From: Candidatus Mediterraneibacter stercoravium
GTDB taxonomy: Bacteria; Bacillota; Clostridia; Lachnospirales; Lachnospiraceae
Length of the DNA: 39,171 bases
Assembly: GCA_019116845.1 (NCBI GenBank)
Contig: DXAY01000001.1
Span: 1 to 39,171, forward strand
Reading direction: 5' to 3'
Shown: positions 7,999 to 16,648 of the stretch, one piece after another
Position numbering within the stretch: position 1 is the stretch's first letter
How the letters are laid out: every line of letters starts with the position of its first letter
Translations under genes and position numbers: made by a program
The notes under the pieces: generated by a model
The model's database searches: none
The model's input: only the letters and a program-made list of their open reading frames with translations
Told to the model about the DNA's origin: nothing

Positions 7999-10900
7999 AT
8001 GGAAGCAGTCAGAATCTGGGAAGAGGATGTAGTCATCCCCACCTATGAAGTGGGAGAACCGGATAAGAATCCGATGTTTCTGGAAAAAAGGGTTTATCAG
8101 GGAAGTTCAGGGAAGCTTTATCCCTATCCTACGACAGAAAAGATAAGCCATGAGAAAAAGGATAAGGTGTGGCATGCAGTTTATCTGGAAAATGAATATC
8201 TGAAAATCATGGTTCTCCCGGAGCTGGGCGGACGGATTCAGAGAGCTTATGACAAGACGAATGATTATGATTTTGTGTATTATAATCATGTGATCAAACC
8301 GGCTCTCGTAGGGCTTGCCGGACCGTGGATCTCCGGAGGCATTGAGTTTAACTGGCCGCAGCATCACAGACCCACCACATATATGCCGGTGGATCATCAG
8401 ATCTGTGAACACGAGGACGGAAGCAAGACGCTCCTTGTCAATGACGTAGATCAGATGTATGGGACAAAAGCAATCGCTTCGTTTACCCTCTATCCGGGAA
8501 AAGCGTATATTGAAATCCGGGGACAGCTCTACAACCGGACACCCATGCCACAGACATTCCTCTGGTGGGCGAATCCGGCTGTTCCGGTAAACGACTGCAC
8601 ACAGTCGATCTTTCCGCCGGATGTACATACGGTATATGACCATGGAAAGAGGGCCGTATCAAGATTCCCCATTGCCAGAGGTGTTTATTACAAGCATGAT
8701 TACAGTGAAGGAGTGGACATTTCCAGATATAAGAATATTCCGGTACCGACTTCCTATATGGCAGAGACATCTGACTATGATTTCGTAGGAGGATATGATT
8801 ATAAGAAAGAGGCCGGGCTGCTCCATGTGGCGGATCACCATTATTCTCCGGGGAAAAAACAGTGGACCTGGGGATGCGGCGATTTCGGCAAAGCGTGGGA
8901 TCGGAATCTGACTGATGAGGACGGACCGTATATCGAGCTGATGACAGGGGTTTATACGGAAAACCAGCCGGATTTTACATGGCTGAAGCCCTTTGAGGAG
9001 AAGGTGTTCAAACAGTATTTCATGCCATACAAAAAAGTGGGACAGGTCAAGAACGCCACGATACATGCGGCCCTTGGCGCAGAGCAGACAGAGAGCGGAC
9101 TTCATGTGACCGTATACGGAACCGAGCGATATGAGAATGCAGAGATCACAGTGAAGAAGAACGGAGAGGTGATCTTCCGGGAGAATGCACTGCTGTCACC
9201 GACAGATATTTTTGAAAAGGAAATTCCAGTTCAGATTGAGAAGATGCATGAGATCTGCGTGTCTGTCCGTGCGGAAGGAAAACTTCTGGCAGAGTACCGC
9301 CCGGAAGAAGAGAAAATTCCTGAGATCGGCAAGCCGGCCGAGGCGGCAAAGGACCCGGAGGAGATCATGACCAATGAGGAACTGCTCCTGACCGGACAGC
9401 ATATTGAGCAGCACCGCCACGCTACATATCTTCCGGATCCGTATTATCTGGAAGGCCTGAAAAGAGATCCCGGAGACAGCAGGATCAACACGGCTTACGG
9501 CATGCTGCTCCTGCGCAGGGGGAGATTTACGGAAGCGGAGAAATATTTCAGGGCGGCCATCAAACGCCTGACCTGGAGAAGTCCGAATCCGTATAACAGC
9601 GAGGCCTACTATGACCTGGGACTTTCTCTTTTCTGTCAGAAACGGAAGGATGAAGCATATGATGCCTTCTACAAAGCTGCATGGAGCAACGAGCAGCAGG
9701 AGATGTCGTTCTACTTTCTTGCGGCTATTGAGGCTGAAAGAGGAGAATTCGGCGCTGCGCTGGAGCTGATCGAGAAGGGGCTTGTGAAAAACAGCCATAA
9801 CGTCAAAGCAAGAGGCCTTAAGGCGCTGATTCTGAGGAAACTGGGAAGAAAAGAGGAGGCAGAAGCATGGATCGGGGAAAATCTGAAAGTGGATCCTTTT
9901 GATTATCTGTCCATGATGGAGAAGGCATTCCAGTCAGAAGGGGAGGACCGGGCAAGAATCCTGGAGAGGATGAATAGCCTGACGCGCGGTTTCCATGAAA
10001 GCTATCTGCAGACAGCCCGGGATTATGCAGAGGCTGGTGCTTATGAAGAAGCAGTGGAAATCCTCAGGCAGTGCCCGGCCGAGCAGCCTATGCTGAAATA
10101 CTATGAAGCATACTATCTCGGACAGACAGGAGATGAAGAAGAGAGCAGGAGAGTATATAGGGATGCGGACCGGTGTGCCCCGGATTACTGTTTCCCCAAC
10201 AAACTGGATGATATTGCGGTGCTGGAAGATTCGATCCGGGTGAATCCGGAAGGAGCGAAGGCGTACTATTATCTTGGCAATCTTTATTACGACAAACTGC
10301 AGTTTGACAAAGCCGCCGGTCTGTGGGAAAAATCTGTGGAACTGGACGACAGCTTCCCCACAGTGCACAGGAATCTTTCCATTGCTTACTATAATAAACA
10401 GAAGGATCCGGAGAAAGCTGTCGCAAGTATGGAGAAAGCATTCGCGCTGGATCCTGCGGATTCAAGAGTATTCCTTGAACTGGACCAGCTGTATAAGAAG
10501 ACCGGCAGGGCATTTGAAGAACGCCTGAAACGGTATGAAGAGAACATGCATATCGTCCGGGAGAGAGACGACGCCATGCTGGAGCTGGTCACACTGTATA
10601 ACCTGACCGGAAAGAATCAGACAGCATACGATACGATCATGTCCCACACATTCCGTCCCTGGGAGGGGGCTGAGGGCAGGATATCCGGTCAGTATAAGAT
10701 CGCCCTTACAGAACTGGCGAAAGCGGCGCTCCATGATGCAAAGCGATGCGAAAATGAGGGCGCAGAAGTGGATGAAAAGGAATGCCTTGAGAGAGCTGAG
10801 AAACTTCTTGAAAAAGCCCTGGAATATCCGCTGAACCTGGGAGAAGGAAGGCTGGAAGGGACAAAAGATAATAATATATGGTATTATCTGGGAATTATCA

Positions 10901-11340
10901 GCAGTAAGCTCGAAAATGCCGATAAAGCGGCGGAATGCTTTGAGAAGGCCGCCCTTGGTGAGGATGAACCGGCAGGCGTCATGTACTATTATGACCAGCC
11001 GGCGGATATGATCCTCTATAAAGGTCTTGCGAAAAAGGAACTGGGTGATATGAAGGCGGCGCAAGCGTGCTTTAACAAGCTGATGGATTACGGCGAGAGA
11101 CATGTGTACGATAAGGCGAAGAATGATTTCTTTGCGGTATCCCTTCCGGATTTCCTTATCTTTGACGATGATATGGACCGAAAAAACAAAGCCCACTGTT
11201 ATTATCTGATGGGGCTTGCAAACCTGGGAACAGGGAACAGGAAGGAGGCGGCAAGACAGTTCAGGAAGGCGCTGGAGTATGACTTCAACCATCAGAACTG
11301 CCGGATCTATCTGGAGATGGCCGGGGAGAATGATCAGTAA
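7999..11340 (+). CDS. DUF5107 domain / tetratricopeptide-repeat protein (YphG-like)
   Basis: PTYEVG-PDKNPMFLEKRVYQGSSG, LENEYL-VLPELGGRI, GPWISGGIEFNWPQHHRP, then many TPR repeats. Start at ATG 7999 (MEAVRIW) after AGGAGG. Confidence 0.85.
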   Translation: MEAVRIWEEDVVIPTYEVGEPDKNPMFLEKRVYQGSSGKLYPYPTTEKISHEKKDKVWHAVYLENEYLKIMVLPELGGRIQRAYDKTNDYDFVYYNHVIKPALVGLAGPWISGGIEFNWPQHHRPTTYMPVDHQICEHEDGSKTLLVNDVDQMYGTKAIASFTLYPGKAYIEIRGQLYNRTPMPQTFLWWANPAVPVNDCTQSIFPPDVHTVYDHGKRAVSRFPIARGVYYKHDYSEGVDISRYKNIPVPTSYMAETSDYDFVGGYDYKKEAGLLHVADHHYSPGKKQWTWGCGDFGKAWDRNLTDEDGPYIELMTGVYTENQPDFTWLKPFEEKVFKQYFMPYKKVGQVKNATIHAALGAEQTESGLHVTVYGTERYENAEITVKKNGEVIFRENALLSPTDIFEKEIPVQIEKMHEICVSVRAEGKLLAEYRPEEEKIPEIGKPAEAAKDPEEIMTNEELLLTGQHIEQHRHATYLPDPYYLEGLKRDPGDSRINTAYGMLLLRRGRFTEAEKYFRAAIKRLTWRSPNPYNSEAYYDLGLSLFCQKRKDEAYDAFYKAAWSNEQQEMSFYFLAAIEAERGEFGAALELIEKGLVKNSHNVKARGLKALILRKLGRKEEAEAWIGENLKVDPFDYLSMMEKAFQSEGEDRARILERMNSLTRGFHESYLQTARDYAEAGAYEEAVEILRQCPAEQPMLKYYEAYYLGQTGDEEESRRVYRDADRCAPDYCFPNKLDDIAVLEDSIRVNPEGAKAYYYLGNLYYDKLQFDKAAGLWEKSVELDDSFPTVHRNLSIAYYNKQKDPEKAVASMEKAFALDPADSRVFLELDQLYKKTGRAFEERLKRYEENMHIVRERDDAMLELVTLYNLTGKNQTAYDTIMSHTFRPWEGAEGRISGQYKIALTELAKAALHDAKRCENEGAEVDEKECLERAEKLLEKALEYPLNLGEGRLEGTKDNNIWYYLGIISSKLENADKAAECFEKAALGEDEPAGVMYYYDQPADMILYKGLAKKELGDMKAAQACFNKLMDYGERHVYDKAKNDFFAVSLPDFLIFDDDMDRKNKAHCYYLMGLANLGTGNRKEAARQFRKALEYDFNHQNCRIYLEMAGENDQ

Positions 11341-11349
11341 GCTCCCGCC

Positions 11350-11378
11350 TTGCGCCTCCCTTTCAATCGTAGTACAAT
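11350..11378 (+). promoter_or_regulatory. sigma-A-like promoter in the left repeat, with no downstream ATG
   Basis: TTGCGC-N17-TACAAT. Confidence 0.5.
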
Positions 11379-11423
11379 GGGGTCAGATTGACCCGAAGTC
11401 CTGCGACTGGAAGGGAGGATTTT
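11368..11423 (+). repeat. Left copy of a 56-bp direct repeat flanking the rpn cassette
   Basis: cgtagtacaatggggtcagattgacccgaagtcctgcgactggaagggaggatttt, 53/56 identical to 12697-12752. Confidence 0.92.
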
Positions 11424-11483
11424 ATTTCCAGAGAAGTCGGATACATCTTCCATCTCTTCTTGATAGTTTCAGAAGACGTAGGT

Positions 11484-11504
11484 GGAATCGATACCGATTC
11501 CTTT
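11484..11504. terminator. Short hairpin directly downstream of the rpn stop codon
   Basis: ggaatcg-atac-cgattcc followed by ttt on the + strand. Confidence 0.4.
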
Positions 11505-11505
11505 C

Positions 11506-12390
11506 TCACAGGATTTGCTGGATTTCACTGAGGCTGAGACCCGTCAGCCGGGCGATCAGTTCCGGTTCTGCGCCGTTTTGATGCATTGTCCGGATAAGCT
11601 CGGCTTTTCCCTGCTTTTCACCCTGAGAAAAACCTTCTTCCATGCCACGTTTCAGCGCGCTGTTCATCTGAGAATTATAATCTCTGATTGCCTTCTCCCG
11701 GGCTTCATACTCAAGCTTTGCCTGTTCATCCGCGCTGAGTTTCTCCAGCTCCTTATAAGCTTCATCAATATATTTGTCTTTCTTTGCCATTGCTTCAAAC
11801 TCCCTTCGGGTCTTCCCTCCGAGGAAACGCATCCAGTTGAGAATACTTGAATCGTTTTTCAGTTCATTCGGCAGTTTTCTGAGTTCGAGAATTTGTATTT
11901 CCATCAAATCTGTATATTTTTTGCCGGTTTTTTCATCGCAGAAACAGATGGTGCGGTAACATTCCTCATCATTTTTAAAGTAAATGAAGTCCAGAATGCT
12001 TACATGGATGCATTTTTTCAGATTTTCGTAGGGTTCTCCGTTTTTTAACTGATCAGTAAAAATTTTACACAGATAAAACAGGACCCGTGCATCCCAGTTT
12101 GCAAAGTATGCTACCTGCATTTCCATATCGAACTGCCGCCCGTCTTTCAGTGCCGTCCGAACATCAAGGATGCCAAGCTTGTCGTCCGGATAGTCCTGAC
12201 GGAGTGCGGTGGGTAGCAGAGTGGTTTCCGCGATAGTTCCTGGATCAACGTTCAGGAGCGCTGCAATGAATCCTTTTCTGACCTTGGGATTGTTCATCAG
12301 GCTCTTAAAGCATATGTCCACGGTGGGAAGCATGATAAATTTGTTATCAGTGTGACTGTTTTCTGTCTGGCCGTTGTTTGAAGTGTTCAT
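11506..12390 (-). CDS. Rpn family recombination-promoting nuclease / putative transposase (PD-(D/E)XK)
   Basis: D-CFK-L, KLGILDV, DMEMQV, R-LFY, IHVSILDF, EIQILELRK and a C-terminal G-EEG...IAR-TGLS..EI tail. AGGAGG RBS. Confidence 0.92.
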   Translation of the reverse strand: MNTSNNGQTENSHTDNKFIMLPTVDICFKSLMNNPKVRKGFIAALLNVDPGTIAETTLLPTALRQDYPDDKLGILDVRTALKDGRQFDMEMQVAYFANWDARVLFYLCKIFTDQLKNGEPYENLKKCIHVSILDFIYFKNDEECYRTICFCDEKTGKKYTDLMEIQILELRKLPNELKNDSSILNWMRFLGGKTRREFEAMAKKDKYIDEAYKELEKLSADEQAKLEYEAREKAIRDYNSQMNSALKRGMEEGFSQGEKQGKAELIRTMHQNGAEPELIARLTGLSLSEIQQIL

Positions 12391-12640
12391 AGATCTTCTC
12401 CTCCTTTCCTGTAGATGGTTCGATACAGGAAAAGGTACGGCAGTCTTATGTGATTATCTTAACACATCCCGGAGATGAGTCAAAGGCATAACCCGTATTT
12501 CCTGTATTGGCATGTTTTCATTGTCGGGGTTGTGCCCGGAAAGCAGGCTCCGAAAATGAGAGATGTACCGTTTTGTCTGCATAGAAACGGTATAGTTAAA
12601 GTGATACAGGGGGCGGACAGAATGCCGTCCCGGTGAGAAA

Positions 12641-12669
12641 AGGATAACATAGACAGAGGGAAATGACAA
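12641..12669 (-). promoter_or_regulatory. Putative rpn promoter
   Basis: Minus strand TTGTCA-N17-TATCCT with TG extension, back-to-back with the gfo promoter. Confidence 0.5.
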
Positions 12670-12678
12670 CGACAAATC

Positions 12679-12707
12679 TTGAACCGTTTTTTTATCCGTA
12701 GTACAAT
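12679..12707 (+). promoter_or_regulatory. sigma-A promoter for the oxidoreductase-mazG operon
   Basis: TTGAAC-N17-TACAAT, about 47 nt upstream of ATG 12755. Confidence 0.65.
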
Positions 12708-12752
12708 GGGGGCACATTGACCCGAAGTCCTGCGATTGGAAGGGAGGATTTT
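12697..12752 (+). repeat. Right copy of the 56-bp direct repeat (contains the -10 and GGGAGG RBS of the next gene)
   Basis: cgtagtacaatgggggcacattgacccgaagtcctgcgattggaagggaggatttt, 3 mismatches to the left copy. Confidence 0.92.
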
Positions 12753-12754
12753 TC

Positions 12755-13732
12755 ATGATAAATTTTGCAGTGATCGGAACGAATTTCATAACCGACCGTT
12801 TTCTTGAAGCGGCGTCATCTGTGCCGGAATTCTGCCTGAAGGCAGTGTACTCCCGGACGATGGAACGGGCACAGGACTATGCCCGCAGACACGGAGCTGA
12901 ACGGACTTTTGACAGTCTGGATGATCTGGCTGCCTGCCCGGATGTGGACGCGGTTTACGTGGCAAGCCCCAACTGTTGTCACGCGGCGCAGAGCATACAG
13001 ATGATGAAGGCGGGAAAACATGTCCTTGTGGAAAAGCCGGCGGCGTCCAATCTACGGGAATTCCGTCAGATGAAAGAGACGGCGCTGGAGAAGGGAGTGA
13101 TCCTTCTGGAGGCGATGCGCTCCGTTTTTTCTCCGGGATTTGAGGCAGTCAGAGAGAACCTGAGGGAGCTTGGAACGATCCGGAGAGTATCATTTCAGTT
13201 CTGCCAGTACTCCAGACGATACGATAAGTTCAAGAACGGGATTATAGAAAATGCGTTCAGACCGGAGATGTCAAACGGCGCGCTGATGGATATCGGGGTG
13301 TACTGTGTCCATCCCCTTGCGGATCTGTTCGGCATGCCGGAGCGGATAAAGAGCAGCAGCCTGAAGCTGTCCAACGGCTTCGAGGGAGCCGGGACCATTC
13401 TGGTAGAATATGAAGGAATGCAGGGAGAACTAGTCTATTCGAAGATCACGGATTCCCGTGTCCCCAGTCAGATCCAGGGGGAAAACGGTGTGATGCTCAT
13501 CGACAGGATACATGAGCCTCAGGAGGTTACGATCTGTTTCCGCGATGGAAGAGAAAAGAAACCGGATATTCCGAAAAATTCAAACAATATGGTATATGAG
13601 ACGGAGGAATTCATCCGGCTGATCCACGCCGGAACAGCAGATCATAAGTGGCTTGAAAATTCTGAGACAGAGATGAGGATCATGGATGAGGTGCGCGGGC
13701 AGCAGGGAATCCGGTTCCCGGCTGATAAGTGA
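12755..13732 (+). CDS. Gfo/Idh/MocA family oxidoreductase
   Basis: VIGTNFI Rossmann start, VYVASPN, AGKHVLVEKP and GALMDIGVY. Confidence 0.92.
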   Translation: MINFAVIGTNFITDRFLEAASSVPEFCLKAVYSRTMERAQDYARRHGAERTFDSLDDLAACPDVDAVYVASPNCCHAAQSIQMMKAGKHVLVEKPAASNLREFRQMKETALEKGVILLEAMRSVFSPGFEAVRENLRELGTIRRVSFQFCQYSRRYDKFKNGIIENAFRPEMSNGALMDIGVYCVHPLADLFGMPERIKSSSLKLSNGFEGAGTILVEYEGMQGELVYSKITDSRVPSQIQGENGVMLIDRIHEPQEVTICFRDGREKKPDIPKNSNNMVYETEEFIRLIHAGTADHKWLENSETEMRIMDEVRGQQGIRFPADK

Positions 13733-13753
13733 AGGAAAGGAGATCGCTTTAAA

Positions 13754-14242
13754 ATGACAAAATTTGAAGAATTTGAAAACATCATCGCAAAACTCCGCGC
13801 CCCGGACGGCTGTCCCTGGGACCGGGAGCAGACCCATATGAGCCTGAAAAAGCCGTGTATCGAGGAGGCGGCGGAGGTGATCTGCGGGATCAATATCCTG
13901 GATCAGACCGGAGACCCGGATAATCTGAAGGAGGAATTGGGAGACCTGCTCATGCAGGTTGTGTTAAATGCCCGGATTGCGGAGGAGGAAGGCTATTTCA
14001 CCATGGATGATGTGATCCAGACCATCATTGACAAGATGATCCGCCGGCATCCCCATGTGTTCGGAAATGCAGTGGTCTCCGATTCCGGTGAGGTGCTGAC
14101 AAAATGGGATGAGATCAAGAGACAGGAAAAGGCCGGAAAGGAATGGACGGAAGAGTATCTGCCCGCGGCGTTTGATGAGGCAAAAGAGCTGATCGACGCG
14201 GCGGCGGAGCGAAAGGCGATCCGGCTCAAAGAGCGGAAGTAA
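13754..14242 (+). CDS. mazG: MazG-family nucleotide pyrophosphohydrolase (single domain)
   Basis: LRAPDGCPWDREQTH, EEAAEV, EELGDLL and KMIRRHPHVFG. Confidence 0.88.
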   Translation: MTKFEEFENIIAKLRAPDGCPWDREQTHMSLKKPCIEEAAEVICGINILDQTGDPDNLKEELGDLLMQVVLNARIAEEEGYFTMDDVIQTIIDKMIRRHPHVFGNAVVSDSGEVLTKWDEIKRQEKAGKEWTEEYLPAAFDEAKELIDAAAERKAIRLKERK

Positions 14243-14291
14243 GAAAACATCGAAAGACAGGAGATCAGAAGTCTGCACAACAGAAAATAAG

Positions 14292-14355
14292 AAAACCCCG
14301 GAGGGAGAAGTTATGTCACTTTGGCAGGACAAAGAACTTCTCTCCGGGGTTTTTT
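14292..14355. terminator. Bidirectional intrinsic terminator between mazG and GH36
   Basis: aaaaccccgga(gg)gagaagtt / aacttctctccggggtttt with a T-run. A second weaker hairpin lies at about 14363-14402. Confidence 0.7.
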
Positions 14356-14427
14356 GCAGAATACACAGTTCCGGAGATTGGTATATATCCGGGAAGCCTG
14401 TGCTGAATGTCAAGTCTGCAGATTTTA

Positions 14428-16611
14428 TCATATTGTGTCAACACGTTTCAGATGGATCACAAACGTATGAAAATCCTCCTTCACCAGGGGAACGGTCACT
14501 CCGATCTGCATGAGCTCGTCCCCGCCGTACACCTTCTGGCTTTCCGTATCCATATAGTCCCCTTCCGGATCCAGCCTCAGCAGACGGAACCTTCCGTGGG
14601 AGCAGAGCGGTTCGAAGAATTTCTGAAAGATCACGGCAAGACACTCGGTCTTCGTCACTGCAGACCACATGACATAATTGTCATTGGGAACGTCGTGCCG
14701 GTAGAACGTGCCGTCAAGGAAACGGGAGCGCTCTTCAGTGTGCTCCGCGGTCTGGCGCCGGATCGCGTCCTTTTCTTCCTCCGTGCATTTTGTCAGATCC
14801 AGTTCATATCCCAGGTTGAAAAGCCTTGCCACCTGATACCGTGTATCCAGGGGAGTCGTCCGTCTGGTCTGGTGATTGGGGGTAATACTCACATGAGCGC
14901 CGATCACTTCCGGGGGATAGAGCAGACTGAAGCCGGACTGGATCACGGTGCGGTCGAAGGCGTCTGTATTGTCGCTTGCCCAGTTCTGGGAAACATAGCA
15001 CAGCATTCCCGGATCGAACCGGGCGCCGCCGCTGGAACAGCCCTCTACAAGGACATTGGGATAAGTGTCTTTCAGCCATCCGAGGATATCGTACAGACCA
15101 AGGATATATCTGTGGAAAGTTTCCCCTTTCTTTCCTGCCGGCAGAAGGGCGGAGTTTACGTCTGTGAGAGGACGGTTCATGTCCCATTTGATATAGTCGA
15201 TCATGCCGTCTTTCAGGTAGGAGTCCAGCATTTCTTTCAGATAATCCCGCACGTCTTCACGAGTCAGATCCAGAAGATATTCGTGCCTGCCCTCTGTCAT
15301 CGGATAGCCGGGCACATGGAGCGCCCAGTCCGGATGGATCTCATAGAGACGGCTTTTCCGGCTGATCGCCTCGGGCTCAAACCAGAGTCCGAATTTCAGC
15401 CCGTTTTTCCGGACGATCTCCGCCGCGGCCCGGATCCCGCCGGGCAGCTTTTTTTCATTGCAGGTCCAGTCGCCCATGGAACTGCGGCTGTCATTGCCGG
15501 CCCGGAACCAGCCGTCATCCAGCACGAAGAGTTCCATTCCCAGTTCTTTTGCAAGGGCAGACTGTTCTGCGATCTTGTCCAGATTCACATCATAATACAT
15601 GCCTTCCCATGAATTGAGGAGAAGAGGACGCTCCTTCCCGGCAAAGGTTCCGGGGAACAGGTGTCGGCGGTACAGAGTATGGAAGTTATGGCTCATGCCG
15701 TTGAGCCCGTCGGTGCTGTAGTTCAGGACAGCCTCCGGCGTATGGAAAGTTTCCCCGGGCAAGAGTTCCCAGCAGAAGGTGTCCGGATGGATCCCGATCT
15801 GGGCGCGGACATTCCCGAACTGGTCGCATTCTGCCTGGGCGAGAAAGTTCCCGCTGTAGATCAGATGGAAAGCGTAGATTTCTCCTTTCTCCTCCGAGGT
15901 ATCGGGAGAGACCAGAGCGAAGAAGGGCTGATGCTGTGGGCTGCTGCTTCCCCGCACACTCTCTGTTTTCTGGATGCCGTGATGGATCCGGAAGCGGAAC
16001 CGGTTTGCCTCTTTTGCATGGGTGCCGTACAGGGAGAAAAAGTCATAGTCCCGGGCGGGCAGCTCCAGGGAAAGGCTCTGCGCGTTTTCCAGCTTCAGCG
16101 TCTGCGTGCCTGTATTCTCTATTTTCTGATGCCGCAGGATGACGCCTTCTTCTCCGATCACGGTGTAGTACAGTGTGACCCGCAGCCCGGCGCGGGCGTC
16201 CTCGCAGGTGATCTCCAGGGTTTTTGCCTCGGAGCCGGAAGCTGTGATCGAAGGAAGCCCGGGGATTTCAGGTTTTCCGTCGGTTATCTTCAGTCCGGTA
16301 AAGGTCAGATCCGCGTAAGATATGCCGTTCTCCTGTTTTATCTCAAACGCCGGGATGCGATAGTCTCCGTGTCCTCTCAAGGGGTATTCAAAGGGGAGAT
16401 CGTCGAAGGAAGCGTGGGGGATGCTGAGGTCGTGTTCTGTGGCATAGCCCCGTTTAAAATACCGGGGCACACCTGTACCCCGGTATTTACGGATGGATTT
16501 CCCGAAATATCTGTGCATCGGATATTTCCCGTCAACGATCTCGATCACATAGCTGATCTTTTTGTTTCTGATATGTATGAGCTGATGATCCTGATGATAT
16601 GTTATCTCCAT
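14428..16611 (-). CDS. GH36 alpha-galactosidase
   Basis: LLNSWEG, FVLDDGWF, FGLWFEPE, YIKWDMNR (nucleophile), EGCSSGGARFD and WASDNTD (acid/base). No signal peptide. Confidence 0.93.
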   Translation of the reverse strand: MEITYHQDHQLIHIRNKKISYVIEIVDGKYPMHRYFGKSIRKYRGTGVPRYFKRGYATEHDLSIPHASFDDLPFEYPLRGHGDYRIPAFEIKQENGISYADLTFTGLKITDGKPEIPGLPSITASGSEAKTLEITCEDARAGLRVTLYYTVIGEEGVILRHQKIENTGTQTLKLENAQSLSLELPARDYDFFSLYGTHAKEANRFRFRIHHGIQKTESVRGSSSPQHQPFFALVSPDTSEEKGEIYAFHLIYSGNFLAQAECDQFGNVRAQIGIHPDTFCWELLPGETFHTPEAVLNYSTDGLNGMSHNFHTLYRRHLFPGTFAGKERPLLLNSWEGMYYDVNLDKIAEQSALAKELGMELFVLDDGWFRAGNDSRSSMGDWTCNEKKLPGGIRAAAEIVRKNGLKFGLWFEPEAISRKSRLYEIHPDWALHVPGYPMTEGRHEYLLDLTREDVRDYLKEMLDSYLKDGMIDYIKWDMNRPLTDVNSALLPAGKKGETFHRYILGLYDILGWLKDTYPNVLVEGCSSGGARFDPGMLCYVSQNWASDNTDAFDRTVIQSGFSLLYPPEVIGAHVSITPNHQTRRTTPLDTRYQVARLFNLGYELDLTKCTEEEKDAIRRQTAEHTEERSRFLDGTFYRHDVPNDNYVMWSAVTKTECLAVIFQKFFEPLCSHGRFRLLRLDPEGDYMDTESQKVYGGDELMQIGVTVPLVKEDFHTFVIHLKRVDTI

Positions 16612-16648
16612 CTGTTATTTCTCCTGTTTTTGTTTTAATCTGATATGT

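Larger units (their letters stand above)
11368..12752. mobile_element. Putative rpn insertion cassette bounded by direct repeats
   Basis: A single Rpn gene plus leader lies between two 56-bp direct repeats 1329 bp apart, in opposite orientation to both neighbours. Confidence 0.6.

Noticed and set aside
11368-12752. The direct repeats as a CRISPR array, IS target-site duplication or tRNA att site
   Set aside because: There are only two copies 1.3 kb apart and no cas genes. They are far longer than a TSD, no terminal inverted repeats are seen, and the sequence is not tRNA-like.
12454-12789. 111-aa minus-strand ORF, or a 42-aa uORF from ATG 12582, in the rpn cassette
   Set aside because: It overlaps the gfo start and promoter, has no RBS and shows no recognisable motif.
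13754-14242. mazG as part of a defence island with rpn
   Set aside because: It lies outside the repeats, is operonic with the oxidoreductase and looks like the housekeeping type.
14407-16638. Long + strand ORFs (401 aa and 325 aa) opposite the GH36
   Set aside because: These are antisense shadows of a well-supported gene, with no motifs or RBS.
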